DNA from: an uncultured Candidatus Saccharibacteria bacterium
GTDB taxonomy: Bacteria > Patescibacteriota > Minisyncoccia > Phycocordibacterales > UBA6065
Assembly (NCBI GenBank): GCA_964495425.1
Contig: CAZBVG010000002.1
Location: 14,570 to 78,569, forward strand
DNA length: 64,000 nucleotides
Direction: 5' to 3'
Below, one piece after another: positions 19,400 through 28,371 of this stretch (positions are counted from its first letter, which is position 1; each line of letters opens with the position of its first letter). Made by a program: the position numbers and the translations under genes. The notes below the pieces were generated by a model. It did not search any database, had not been told where the DNA came from, and saw only the letters and a list, made by a program, of their open reading frames with translations.

Positions 19400-19825
19400 A
19401 TGCCTAAATATACAACTATTCGAGCGATAAACCTGAGCACAGGTCTGCCATTTACTTTTGATGTATCCCAAGAAGATTTGGATCTATTTGAGGGTCAAAA
19501 ACGAGCGGCAAAGGACCGCACATCACTGTTTCTGTTCAGTGAAGAAGAGGCCATATCTTATTTTGAATTCTGTTTGTTCCCAGCGTATCATGAGGTCAGG
19601 AAAATCTTTCTCGAAAACGGCCTGACTACTGAATTGCTTATCCAAATTCTTCGAGAGTTTGGGGTAGAGGACCAGACGTTCATCCAAAAATTACTAGAGG
19701 ATTCTGATTATATCTCCAGCATACAAGGCTGGTTCACAGGAATCGCGGGCGAGGGTGTAAGAGCCTCTCGGACCCCTGGGTATCGTCTACGAAGCAACTC
19801 GCCGTTTTTACACGGAGAAAATTAG
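19400..19825 (+). CDS. hypothetical protein (between scar repeats R1 and R2)
   Basis: 141-aa ORF. Confidence 0.4.
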   Translation: MPKYTTIRAINLSTGLPFTFDVSQEDLDLFEGQKRAAKDRTSLFLFSEEEAISYFEFCLFPAYHEVRKIFLENGLTTELLIQILREFGVEDQTFIQKLLEDSDYISSIQGWFTGIAGEGVRASRTPGYRLRSNSPFLHGEN

Positions 19826-19879
19826 CAATCTTCCCCTGCATCCCGATCTACTTTGATCGGGTTTTTTTATTCAGTTTCC

Positions 19880-19925
19880 AACCTATACCCTTTGTGACCC
19901 ACATTATACGAGATTGGAATCAATT
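19880..19925. repeat. copy of the tRNA-Glu 3' end plus downstream flank (integration scar R2)
   Basis: ACCTATACCCTTTGTGACCC here versus TCCTATACCTTTGTGACCC at 21046-21068. Confidence 0.6.
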
Positions 19926-19965
19926 ATATAGAAGTCTACAGGTAATAGTTAATTTAAAACTTTAA

Positions 19966-20553
19966 TTAGTACCAAGCCTCCTTTATGTCACAAGTTTCAA
20001 TTCTACCATCTATATAACAGCCAATCTGTAGTAATGAGTCCTTTTGATGAATAGGAAGTAAAAGAAATTCTATATCGCTGTTTTCACAACCATAATCCAC
20101 CCTCATGTTTGCGATTCCAGTTGTCGCACCAGTAAGAAACCTACATTCTGCGTTCTTGCTGAATAATTTAATGAACCACGGCCGTTTTTCATCATGAGAA
20201 GACGCTGAAAAATTTAGCTTCTTATCTAGGGGATCGATTTTATAATAATTATTATTTTTATATGGATTTAAAGGACAAATTAAAATATCTGGATCTGTAA
20301 AATATCTGAAACAAGGATCTTCAATTCCTTTTGTTGTTTTGCACCTAAAAGCGTCACCTCTGTTTGTGGAGAGGCTATTTACCCAGCAACTGGCTGTATC
20401 CAAATTAGTTGTTATCTCACTCTCCGAACCAACAAAATAAAAGGATAGTGTTTCTTTTTTAAAATCAGTTAATTTGGTATACGAAAAGACAATTAGTGGT
20501 ATTAGTAGAGTCCCAATAATCCAACGATGATTTTTAATTAAATATTTTTTCAC
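19966..20553 (-). CDS. hypothetical secreted or membrane-anchored cysteine-rich protein
   Basis: N-terminal TM/signal anchor WIIGTLLIPLIVFSY and about 10 Cys; lies between R2 and the tRNA. Confidence 0.45.
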   Translation of the reverse strand: MKKYLIKNHRWIIGTLLIPLIVFSYTKLTDFKKETLSFYFVGSESEITTNLDTASCWVNSLSTNRGDAFRCKTTKGIEDPCFRYFTDPDILICPLNPYKNNNYYKIDPLDKKLNFSASSHDEKRPWFIKLFSKNAECRFLTGATTGIANMRVDYGCENSDIEFLLLPIHQKDSLLQIGCYIDGRIETCDIKEAWY

Positions 20554-20608
20554 AATAATTTTAAGTCTTTATGGCGACTGTTATTCCAATGTAGAATTTA
20601 TTGTTATA

Positions 20609-21049
20609 TCAAATCCAATCATTTGCTATAGACATACCGGCAACAAACGTAAGTACAAGTGATAAGAGGAGAATTGCTCCCCCGGCAGATAAAGTAAATA
20701 ATCTATATCTCTTTCCTTTGTAAAACTTAAAAATTAGAAATCCAAAGTAGGCGGTTAAAATTATCAAAACTGAACTCGAAGCAATTATACTTAGTGTGTC
20801 GTAAAAGGCCGAACCTATCACAGAAATGAAAATTGGGGTGCCAATAGCATACCCAATCTCATATGAATTGTACTGAGGCCTTATATCTTTTCCTTTTATT
20901 AGTAGATATCCATAAATAAGAAAAAGGATTAAAAGAATAATTGTTAGAGGAAAGAGGTATGAAAATACTCCTATAGCTTGCGAGAAATGGAAAAAGATTC
21001 CGCTGGTAAATTGGCCTAACATATTAAATATAATAACACTTGTTTTCAA
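20609..21049 (-). CDS. hypothetical 4-TM membrane protein
   Basis: 146 aa, strongly hydrophobic. Confidence 0.45.
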   Translation of the reverse strand: MKTSVIIFNMLGQFTSGIFFHFSQAIGVFSYLFPLTIILLILFLIYGYLLIKGKDIRPQYNSYEIGYAIGTPIFISVIGSAFYDTLSIIASSSVLIILTAYFGFLIFKFYKGKRYRLFTLSAGGAILLLSLVLTFVAGMSIANDWI

Positions 21050-21062
21050 TCCTATACCTTTG

Positions 21063-21134
21063 TGACCCTACGGGGAATCGAACCCCGATTTAAAGCTTGA
21101 GAAGCTTCTGTCCTAACCATTAGACGATAGGGCC
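21063..21134 (-). tRNA. tRNA-Glu(CTC)
   Basis: Reverse complement GGCCCTATCGTCTAATGGTTAGGACAGAAGCTTCTCAAGCTTTAAATCGGGGTTCGATTCCCCGTAGGGTCA folds as a 72-nt cloverleaf: 7-bp acceptor stem, GGTTCGATTCC T-arm, anticodon loop TTCTCAA. CCA is not encoded. Confidence 0.85.
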
Positions 21135-21136
21135 GT

Positions 21137-21556
21137 TTGAGACGACTCAGTGAGAATACAGAATTTATGAGCTTTTATCAAGAAAAGACAAAATTCCTCC
21201 TTTTGTCGTATTATGAGTATATGAAGAAAATAATCATCATACTTCTAGTTATCGTGCTCGGCATCGGCCTTTATGTGTACTTTTCGCCACGGGAAGAAGT
21301 ACCGGTCACGTCTACCTCAACTTCGACACAAAATCGTCTTATGTCGATTGATAACTATGTGAAGCTCTATATTGGCGAACTTTCACCGGTGCCTGAAGTG
21401 TTGGGCGGTAGATTCTATGTAACAAGCATTGAGACGGGTGATGGAAAGGGAGTTGTATCCTATGAAGACGGTCACAATGCGTATACTGCAGACTTTACGT
21501 ATACCTCATCAGAGGAAACTGGGGTAAACGTAACCTCGTTCGTTATTAGGAATTAA
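21137..21556 (+). CDS. hypothetical secreted or membrane-anchored protein (probable start at 21221)
   Basis: MKKIIIILLVIVLGIGLYVYF anchor followed by a Thr/Ser-rich linker. Confidence 0.45.
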   Translation: MRRLSENTEFMSFYQEKTKFLLLSYYEYMKKIIIILLVIVLGIGLYVYFSPREEVPVTSTSTSTQNRLMSIDNYVKLYIGELSPVPEVLGGRFYVTSIETGDGKGVVSYEDGHNAYTADFTYTSSEETGVNVTSFVIRN

Positions 21557-21746
21557 TATTGTATTTCTGAATGAGCGCTTGGAGTTTTGCAATGTGCTCA
21601 TCCTTGGTTTTTTCCATTTCCTTCCAGATGGCCATGATATCTTCTGAACCTACTGCCTCGCGCATGTATTCATTTTTAATGCGCCAGACTGATTTTGATT
21701 CCTGGACGAGCTGATTCATCAAATTAAATGCGTTGTTTCGAATCAT
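21546..21746 (-). CDS. hypothetical small protein
   Basis: 66-aa ORF. Confidence 0.3.
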   Translation of the reverse strand: MIRNNAFNLMNQLVQESKSVWRIKNEYMREAVGSEDIMAIWKEMEKTKDEHIAKLQALIQKYNINS

Positions 21747-21813
21747 TGGGTTTTCCTAATCTAATAGTAGGTTAAGTATAGCAAAGATAAGGAAGAGAAA
21801 AGGGAACGAAAGA

Positions 21814-21838
21814 GGCCGGATCGCTTCGCGATCCGGCC
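21814..21838. terminator. GC hairpin, terminator-like
   Basis: GGCCGGATCgcttcgcGATCCGGCC perfect 9-bp stem. Confidence 0.6.
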
Positions 21839-21876
21839 GTTTCTCTACCTATGAAGGTAGAAGGTTTGTTTTGGGC

Positions 21877-22146
21877 CTAGGCGGCTTCATGTGACTCAAG
21901 TGCAGCGTGTGAAGCTGCAGCATGAGACCAATGACGGGGTTTGCCGCTTCGGTAGTTGTTCGGTTTCTGGTCGAACGCCTGCTGTGCCAAGCTGGCAAGC
22001 ACAGTTGCGTTACCAAAAAACCGATTACTCTTGGTAATGACGAGTGAGGTGGCCATTGCCGAACTGACATGTTCCTCACGCATCACACGAACTACCTCCG
22101 TCACCAACTTCTGGTCGATGACTTCCTCAGGCGGTGGAGTGTTCAT
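21877..22146 (-). CDS. hypothetical protein (GC-rich islet)
   Basis: 89-aa ORF with GC well above local background. Confidence 0.35.
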   Translation of the reverse strand: MNTPPPEEVIDQKLVTEVVRVMREEHVSSAMATSLVITKSNRFFGNATVLASLAQQAFDQKPNNYRSGKPRHWSHAAASHAALESHEAA

Positions 22147-22224
22147 TTTCGAATATAATTATATACCCAAAAACGTGTTTTGTCAATACTAGAAAACACG
22201 TTTTGAGATCTGGCAAATTATGGC

Positions 22225-22677
22225 TTACACAAAGAGTGAATCTACTACTTCTTTAATATCTGAGCCTTCAGCTTTACCCTTGAGCTCTTTTGAAATAGCG
22301 CCAATAAGTTTACCTGCACCAGACTTATCAGTTACACCCATCTCAGCCTTTTTGGCGGTGGCAACTTTCTTAATTTCATCTTTTGACATTGTTGCGGGAA
22401 GGTATGCTTCAAGAACTTTGAGTTCCTTTTTCTCGCTTTCTGCAAGTTCTGGTCTGCCACCTTTAGTGAACTGATCAATAGAGTCTTTTCGCTGTTTTAC
22501 GAGTCTTTTGATGACAGCGAGCACTTCTTCATCAGTGCCTTCTGTTGCTGCAGATTTTTTTGCAATAAGCTCTTTTTGAATTTCAGCTTGGACGCCTCGC
22601 AAAACCATGGTGCGAGTCTCGTCCTTGGCGATCATTGATTCCTTAATGTGTCCTTTTATTGTTTGATGTAGCGTCAT
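22225..22677 (-). CDS. GatB/YqeY domain protein
   Basis: Typical YqeY family signature throughout: ...ESMIAKDETRTMVLRGVQAEIQKE...KRLVKQRKDSIDQF...ELKVLEAYLP. Confidence 0.75.
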   Translation of the reverse strand: MTLHQTIKGHIKESMIAKDETRTMVLRGVQAEIQKELIAKKSAATEGTDEEVLAVIKRLVKQRKDSIDQFTKGGRPELAESEKKELKVLEAYLPATMSKDEIKKVATAKKAEMGVTDKSGAGKLIGAISKELKGKAEGSDIKEVVDSLFV

Positions 22678-22704
22678 GCAATCAGTATATCCTATAATAG
22701 AGGT

Positions 22705-23778
22705 ATGGAAACAGCTGTACTTGTAGTGTTTGCGATTGTCTTGGTGGCCCTTAATATCGGGATTCTCTTTTTTATTCTACGAAAAAAGCCTGAGCCAAAG
22801 CAGGATGATAGTTCAATGAGACTCCTGTTAGATCAAATGAATGAGCTCAATCGGACTGTTGATAAAAAAATTGGTGAGACGAATCGCACGATGACGGATT
22901 CGATGCGAACACAATTTTCAGAATCACAGAAACTTGTCGATAAATTTCTGAGGGAAGTTACATCGATGGCCGAAAAGGTTACTCGAGTAGAGGAAACAGG
23001 CAAACAGATGGTTGGCTTCGCTGATCAGCTTCAGAATCTTCAAGACATTTTAAAGAACCCAAAACAACGAGGTGTTCTAGGAGAATACTATCTTGAAGCC
23101 CTCCTTAAAAACGTTCTTCCTCCGGGAAGCTATCAAATGCAGTATGGGTTTAATGATGGGGAAATTGTGGATGCTATTGTACGCGTGAAAGAGAAAATCA
23201 TCCCGATCGATTCAAAATTCTCGCTTGAAAACTACAACCGCCTAGCAGAAGAGAAGAATGAGGCCGAAAAAGTTCGTCTCGAGAAGTTATTTGTAACGGA
23301 CCTCAAGAATCGAATCCAGGAAACATCAAAATACATTCGTCCAAGTGAAGGGACCATGGATTTTGCGTTCATGTTCATACCTCACGAGGCAATTTATTAT
23401 GATCTTTTGGTAAATAAAATTGGTGCAATTACGGAAGATACAGACAACCTCATTCAGCGAGCTGCAAATAAATACAAGGTGATCATCGTTTCTCCAACAT
23501 CATTTTTGGCGTACCTCCAGACAGTTCTTCAGGGTCTTAAGGCGATGCAAATCGAAGAGACAGCGAAAGATATAGTTCAGCGAGTGGGAGAATTGGGTAA
23601 ACATCTCAAGGCATATGAGGAATTTCATAATAAATTGGGTAACAACCTGGCTACGGTGGTTAACCAGTACGTTTCTTCTTCAAAGGAGCTTAAGAAAGTT
23701 GATAAGGATGTTATGAGGATCACAGGTTCTACAGCTGGACTTGATCCAGTTATGGTAGAGAAGCCGGATCTCGAATAA
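22705..23778 (+). CDS. rmuC: DNA recombination protein RmuC
   Basis: N-terminal TM helix, long coiled coil and a C-terminal RmuC region (MFIPHEAIYYDLL...VIIVSPTSFLAYLQ). Confidence 0.8.
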   Translation: METAVLVVFAIVLVALNIGILFFILRKKPEPKQDDSSMRLLLDQMNELNRTVDKKIGETNRTMTDSMRTQFSESQKLVDKFLREVTSMAEKVTRVEETGKQMVGFADQLQNLQDILKNPKQRGVLGEYYLEALLKNVLPPGSYQMQYGFNDGEIVDAIVRVKEKIIPIDSKFSLENYNRLAEEKNEAEKVRLEKLFVTDLKNRIQETSKYIRPSEGTMDFAFMFIPHEAIYYDLLVNKIGAITEDTDNLIQRAANKYKVIIVSPTSFLAYLQTVLQGLKAMQIEETAKDIVQRVGELGKHLKAYEEFHNKLGNNLATVVNQYVSSSKELKKVDKDVMRITGSTAGLDPVMVEKPDLE

Positions 23779-23801
23779 AAAGGCTAAAAAGTTGCTTTTT
23801 T

Positions 23802-23848
23802 AGGGCTTATATGCGATATTTACTCGTACAAAAGCCCTGATTAGGGCT
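23802..23848 (+). promoter_or_regulatory. rplU leader with two mutually exclusive hairpins
   Basis: AGGGCTT (23802-08) pairs with AAGCCCT (23832-38), or AAGCCCT pairs with AGGGCT (23843-48) followed by a U-rich tract. This is an attenuator-like arrangement 17 nt before the rplU ATG. Confidence 0.35.
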
Positions 23849-23864
23849 CTATATATTTAAAAAT

Positions 23865-24218
23865 ATGGCTACAAATAAGGCAAAAAACACTCTTGGAACT
23901 GATGCATTCGCTGTCATTGCGACTGGTGGAAAGCAGTACAAGGTCAAAGTTGGTGACACCGTAAAGATCGAAAAGATCCTTGGTGATCATAAGGTTGGTG
24001 GAAAAGTATCTTTCGACAAGGTACTCCTCGTTGATAACGCGGGTTCAACCACTGTTGGCGCTCCATACGTTTCTGGTTCAGTTGTAGAAGGTGAGATCAA
24101 GGAGATCGGCCGAGACGCAAAGGTAACTGTGATTCACTACAAGCAGAAGTCAAAGTACTTCAAGAAGTACGGTCACCGACAGCCATTCTTCAAGGTAGCT
24201 ATCACCTCTATCGCATAA
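23865..24218 (+). CDS. rplU: 50S ribosomal protein L21
   Basis: FAVIATGGKQYKVKVGDTV start and overall bL21 pattern. Confidence 0.9.
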   Translation: MATNKAKNTLGTDAFAVIATGGKQYKVKVGDTVKIEKILGDHKVGGKVSFDKVLLVDNAGSTTVGAPYVSGSVVEGEIKEIGRDAKVTVIHYKQKSKYFKKYGHRQPFFKVAITSIA

Positions 24219-24223
24219 ACGAA

Positions 24224-24250
24224 AGCCGCTCACTCGAGCGGCTTTTTGTT
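24224..24250 (+). terminator. rho-independent terminator of rplU
   Basis: AGCCGCTCactcGAGCGGCT hairpin followed by TTTTTG. Confidence 0.75.
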
Positions 24251-24265
24251 GCTTTTACATCCATT

Positions 24266-24868
24266 GTGAGTAGTATCCTTGATAGGAGTATTACAACTAT
24301 GAACTTCTCTGAACTTACTGAGTTGCTTGCTCGAAACAGCATACCGACGGCACAGTGGGGCAAGGGTAACGCAAAAACGATCGAAAATCTTCTCGGTGAA
24401 GTAAATACCGGAGAATGCACTCTGGTCGAGGAATCCGGTCGTTTGATACGAAAACTGCGCCTAGCCCGGGTCGAAGTCCTTTATTACGATTTCGGCACGA
24501 GCATTTCGTACCGACTGGCTGAAGTGAGACAGGTTTTCGCGGACGGAAGGATGCGTACGCGAGTCGGACTGCCAACTAGTCTATGCGAAAAGCTTCGCTA
24601 CGATGAACCGAGTAAGCAGGGCGCTCGCAGGGCAGTACGAGAAGAACTTGGCATAGACGAAACACGTCAAATCGTGTTTTCCAGGAACAAAGTTGAAAAG
24701 GACGAGATGATTTCTGGCACCAAGGCTGTATCTTTTCCGGGCATTTGGACTTCCTCACAGGCAACGATCTATGTGTGGAATATGCCCAGAATATTATTTA
24801 AGCCAGAAGGCTACGTCGAAAGACAATTCGACAAGTCGTCATACTTTGTGTGGCGGCCGGTGACATAA
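24266..24868 (+). CDS. hypothetical protein, possibly Nudix-like with a degenerate box (GC-rich islet)
   Basis: E-x7-RAVREELGI resembles the Nudix box E-x7-REUxEExGU with one substitution. GC is well above the neighbours. Confidence 0.35.
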   Translation: MSSILDRSITTMNFSELTELLARNSIPTAQWGKGNAKTIENLLGEVNTGECTLVEESGRLIRKLRLARVEVLYYDFGTSISYRLAEVRQVFADGRMRTRVGLPTSLCEKLRYDEPSKQGARRAVREELGIDETRQIVFSRNKVEKDEMISGTKAVSFPGIWTSSQATIYVWNMPRILFKPEGYVERQFDKSSYFVWRPVT

Positions 24869-24897
24869 CACAATTGCCCGAAATTCGGGCAATTTTT

Positions 24898-25146
24898 TTA
24901 TTCTCGCTCACTTCTGATGAAAAGTTTTCGTTTTGTAAGCTTGCGAGGCTTTGCTTTTGTTGGCATTGTGCCCGATTCAATATCTTTCACCAGTTTTTCG
25001 ATATCTTCAGTCTTGTAGATGCGGTAATTAGACATTGGGTGTCGTGTGGTGGGCAATTTGCCGTTTTTATCCCAATTTCGAAGGGTGAGGGGAGTAACCC
25101 CAAGAATTTTTGCTGCCTGTTTAATTGTCATGAATCTACCTTCCAT
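24898..25146 (-). CDS. MerR/excisionase-type helix-turn-helix DNA-binding protein
   Basis: MTIKQAAKILGVTPLTLRNWDKNGKL is typical of the HTH_17 / Xis / MerR N-terminal family. Confidence 0.6.
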   Translation of the reverse strand: MEGRFMTIKQAAKILGVTPLTLRNWDKNGKLPTTRHPMSNYRIYKTEDIEKLVKDIESGTMPTKAKPRKLTKRKLFIRSERE

Positions 25147-25258
25147 GTGATTTGTATAGATAAGTATAACAGAAAGTAGTTGTAAGGTTTAGTAAGGTTG
25201 TGGTTAACCTGTTAATTTCCCAAATCTGATATACTTGATGCATTAACTTTTACATACC

Positions 25259-26296
25259 ATGTTTGGAAAAAAGAAAATTCGAGTTGCTATAAACGGTTTC
25301 GGTAGAATTGGTCGCGCGTTTCTTAAGGTTGCACGTGAGCGAGAGGAAATTGAAGTTGTTGCAATTAATGACTTGGGTAATGCAGCAAACCTCGCATACC
25401 TTCTCAAGTACGACTCTGCATATGGAGTAAGTCCATTTAGTGTCTCTGCAAAGGCGGACGGCAAGGCACTTATCATCGATGGTAAAGAAGTAGCCTTTAT
25501 TCAGGAGAAAGAAGCGCCAAAGCTTCCATGGAAAGCGCTCGATATTGATGTAGTCGTTGAATCAACAGGACTTTTCACTGATTTTGCAAAGGCAAAGGTG
25601 CATCTCGAGGCGGGTGCAAAACGAGTAGTCATTTCAGCTCCAGCAAAGGGCGATCCAGCGTCAGAAGCAATGGGTGCAACTATTCTTATGGGCCTTAATG
25701 AGGACCGATTCAAATCAGCGCAGATTACTTCAAACGCCTCTTGTACAACAAACGCAGGTAGCCCACTCATGGCGATTCTCGATGAAAAAATTGGTATTGA
25801 AAAAGCGATCCTAAACACAGTACATGCATATACAGCGAGCCAGGCGATCGTAGATGGTCCTTCAAAGAAAGATTTGCGAGAGGGCCGAGCTGCTGCTCAA
25901 AATATTGTTCCGTCATCAACTGGTGCAGCGATTGCTGTTACCAAGGCTTTGCCACAGTTGGCAGGTAAATTTGATGGCGTTTCAATCCGAGTGCCTGTAG
26001 TTGTAGGTTCTATTGTTGATGTGACATTCCTTGCAAAGCGAAAGACTTCAGCAGAAGAGGTGAACAAAATCCTTACTGAAGCTGCAAAGGAAAAGCGATG
26101 GCAGAACATTTTTGCTGTTTCAAACGAGCCCCTTGTTTCATCAGACATAAAGGGTAACCCTCACGCATCTATAGCCGATCTCGAAATGACCCGTGTTGTT
26201 GATGGAAATCTTGTGAAGGTGTTGGCATGGTATGACAATGAGATGGGGTATACGCATACGCTCGTAGAGCATGTAATTAAGGCTGCGAAAGCATAA
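25259..26296 (+). CDS. gap: glyceraldehyde-3-phosphate dehydrogenase
   Basis: VAINGFGRIGR Rossmann motif and the SNASCTTN active-site Cys. Confidence 0.9.
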   Translation: MFGKKKIRVAINGFGRIGRAFLKVAREREEIEVVAINDLGNAANLAYLLKYDSAYGVSPFSVSAKADGKALIIDGKEVAFIQEKEAPKLPWKALDIDVVVESTGLFTDFAKAKVHLEAGAKRVVISAPAKGDPASEAMGATILMGLNEDRFKSAQITSNASCTTNAGSPLMAILDEKIGIEKAILNTVHAYTASQAIVDGPSKKDLREGRAAAQNIVPSSTGAAIAVTKALPQLAGKFDGVSIRVPVVVGSIVDVTFLAKRKTSAEEVNKILTEAAKEKRWQNIFAVSNEPLVSSDIKGNPHASIADLEMTRVVDGNLVKVLAWYDNEMGYTHTLVEHVIKAAKA

Positions 26297-26304
26297 ATAT
26301 ATTT

Positions 26305-26754
26305 ATGAAAATCTTTATCGCATCAGATCACGCTGGGTTTGAGCTCAAAAAGTTTCTTTTTGAGAGACTTACGCTTGCCAATCATGACATTCGTGATTTA
26401 GGCGCAAAAGAATATGACCCAGAGGATGATTATCCTGACTTCATCAAGCTCGTGGCAAAAGAAGTGTCGCATAACCCAAGTCAGGTTAAAGGTATCATCA
26501 TCGGTGGTTCAGGACAGGGTGAGGCAATGTGCGCAAACAAATTCTATGGTGTCCGTGCTGCCGTATATTACGGAAGCAATATGGACATCATAAAACTTTC
26601 ACGAGAGCATAATGATGCAAATGTTCTATCTTTAGGAGCGCGATTTTTGTCGCCAACTGACGCTCTCAATGCAGTAAATGTCTGGCTCAAGACTCCATTT
26701 ACGGAAGAAGAACGACACAAGAGACGAATCAACAAGCTTTTCAATATTAAGTAA
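26305..26754 (+). CDS. rpiB: ribose-5-phosphate isomerase B
   Basis: MKIFIASDHAGFELK start and GIIIGGSGQGEAMCANK motif. Confidence 0.85.
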   Translation: MKIFIASDHAGFELKKFLFERLTLANHDIRDLGAKEYDPEDDYPDFIKLVAKEVSHNPSQVKGIIIGGSGQGEAMCANKFYGVRAAVYYGSNMDIIKLSREHNDANVLSLGARFLSPTDALNAVNVWLKTPFTEEERHKRRINKLFNIK

Positions 26755-26760
26755 CCTTGT

Positions 26761-27465
26761 ATGGCTGAAATTATTCCTGCAATCCTACCAAAGTCGTATG
26801 ATGAACTCACAGAGCAGCTCAATACGGCTGCTGCGCATGTATCTACGGTACAGATTGATATTTGTGATGGGGGATACGCACCTTCTCGCACCTGGCCATA
26901 CCTTAAGGGTGTAGGTTCTGACCTTATATTCGATGAGATTGTAAGTCAGGAAAAGGCTTTGCCGCACTGGGAGGATTTAAATTACGAATTTGATCTTATG
27001 GTAAAAGATGTTACCGAGAAAATTCCTGATTTTATTTCTGCGGGTGCTTCAAAAATAATTGTGCATAAAGGCAGTGTTGATGACGCTGAACTAGCTGCGA
27101 TCGTTAAGGAATACGGAAAACACTCAGAGGAGCTTGGACCATTTGATGTTGAGCTTGCGATAGCTTTAAAGCCATCCGAGACAGCAGATTCTATTCGTGA
27201 TTACATACCTCATATTCATTCGGTACAGGTTATGGGTTCAGAAAAGATTGGTCATCACGGCGAAACACTAAATGAAAAGGCGGTGGAACTTATTCGAAAT
27301 CTCCGCACTGCATACCCAGATCTTCCAATTGCTATTGATATCGGTGTAAACCTCGAAACAGCGCCAAAACTCATTGATGCTGGTGCTACGCACCTTGTTG
27401 TGGGTAGCGCGCTCTTTAATGCAGTTGATTTTGCTGGTACACTGGAAGAGTTCCGTCAACTCTAA
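26761..27465 (+). CDS. rpe: ribulose-phosphate 3-epimerase family protein
   Basis: TIM-barrel pattern IIPAILP...VQIDICDGGYAP, located between rpiB and transketolase. Confidence 0.55.
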   Translation: MAEIIPAILPKSYDELTEQLNTAAAHVSTVQIDICDGGYAPSRTWPYLKGVGSDLIFDEIVSQEKALPHWEDLNYEFDLMVKDVTEKIPDFISAGASKIIVHKGSVDDAELAAIVKEYGKHSEELGPFDVELAIALKPSETADSIRDYIPHIHSVQVMGSEKIGHHGETLNEKAVELIRNLRTAYPDLPIAIDIGVNLETAPKLIDAGATHLVVGSALFNAVDFAGTLEEFRQL

Positions 27466-27477
27466 CAAGGCTCTTTC

Positions 27478-28371
27478 ATGGCGCTTACGGCGAAAAAAAT
27501 AAAAGAAATCGAACTGAAAGCAAACTCGATCCGCACCTCTATTATCGAGATGCTTATTGCTGCCGGCTCAGGACATACTGCAGGGCCCCTTGGCATGTCA
27601 GATATCTTCGCCACGCTCTATTTTCATACGCTTAACCATAATCCGAAGAAGCCGGATTTGCTGACGCGCGACAGAGTTGTTCTATCAAACGGTCATATTG
27701 CACCGGTTTTGTATTCGACGATGGCACATGCAGGATATTTTCCCGTAGATGAGCTTAAAACACTCCGAAAATTTGGTTCACGTCTCCAGGGGCATCCACA
27801 TCGAGAGTTTTTGCCGATGCTCGAGACTTCATCTGGTCCTCTTGGTTCAGGACTCTCACAAGCTGTCGGAATGGCGCTTGCTGATCGCATAGATAACGGG
27901 CGTGGGACTCAGAAACGTATCTATTGCCTTACCTCTGATGGCGAACATGATGAAGGAAACACATGGGAGGCAATTATGCTTGCTGGAAAAGAGAAGCTTT
28001 CGAATCTCGTCTGTGTGGTTGATCGAAACAACATTCAGATTGATGGAAATACCGAGGATATCATGCCCTTGGAGCCGTTTGTAAATAAATATATTACGTT
28101 CGGATGGCATGTGATTGAAGTTGATGGTCATAATATTGAGGAGATTGCGAATGCGTTTGAAGCGGCACGGGGAATTGAAAACAAACCGGTTTGTATCATG
28201 GCTCATACTATTCCCGGTAAAGGAGTGAAAGAGTTTGAGTACGACTACAGGTGGCATGGAAATCCGCCGGGACTTGGACCAGAGGATAAAATTCCAAAGG
28301 CAAAGCAGGGAGAAGTAGCTTTGGCAGAGCTTAGGACGTTGGGCAAGAAAATAAAGAGCGAACATGAATAA
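27478..28371 (+). CDS. transketolase, N-terminal (thiamine-diphosphate-binding) subunit
   Basis: GSGHTAGPLGMSDIFATLYFH and GDGEHDEGNTWEA thiamine-diphosphate motifs. Confidence 0.85.
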   Translation: MALTAKKIKEIELKANSIRTSIIEMLIAAGSGHTAGPLGMSDIFATLYFHTLNHNPKKPDLLTRDRVVLSNGHIAPVLYSTMAHAGYFPVDELKTLRKFGSRLQGHPHREFLPMLETSSGPLGSGLSQAVGMALADRIDNGRGTQKRIYCLTSDGEHDEGNTWEAIMLAGKEKLSNLVCVVDRNNIQIDGNTEDIMPLEPFVNKYITFGWHVIEVDGHNIEEIANAFEAARGIENKPVCIMAHTIPGKGVKEFEYDYRWHGNPPGLGPEDKIPKAKQGEVALAELRTLGKKIKSEHE

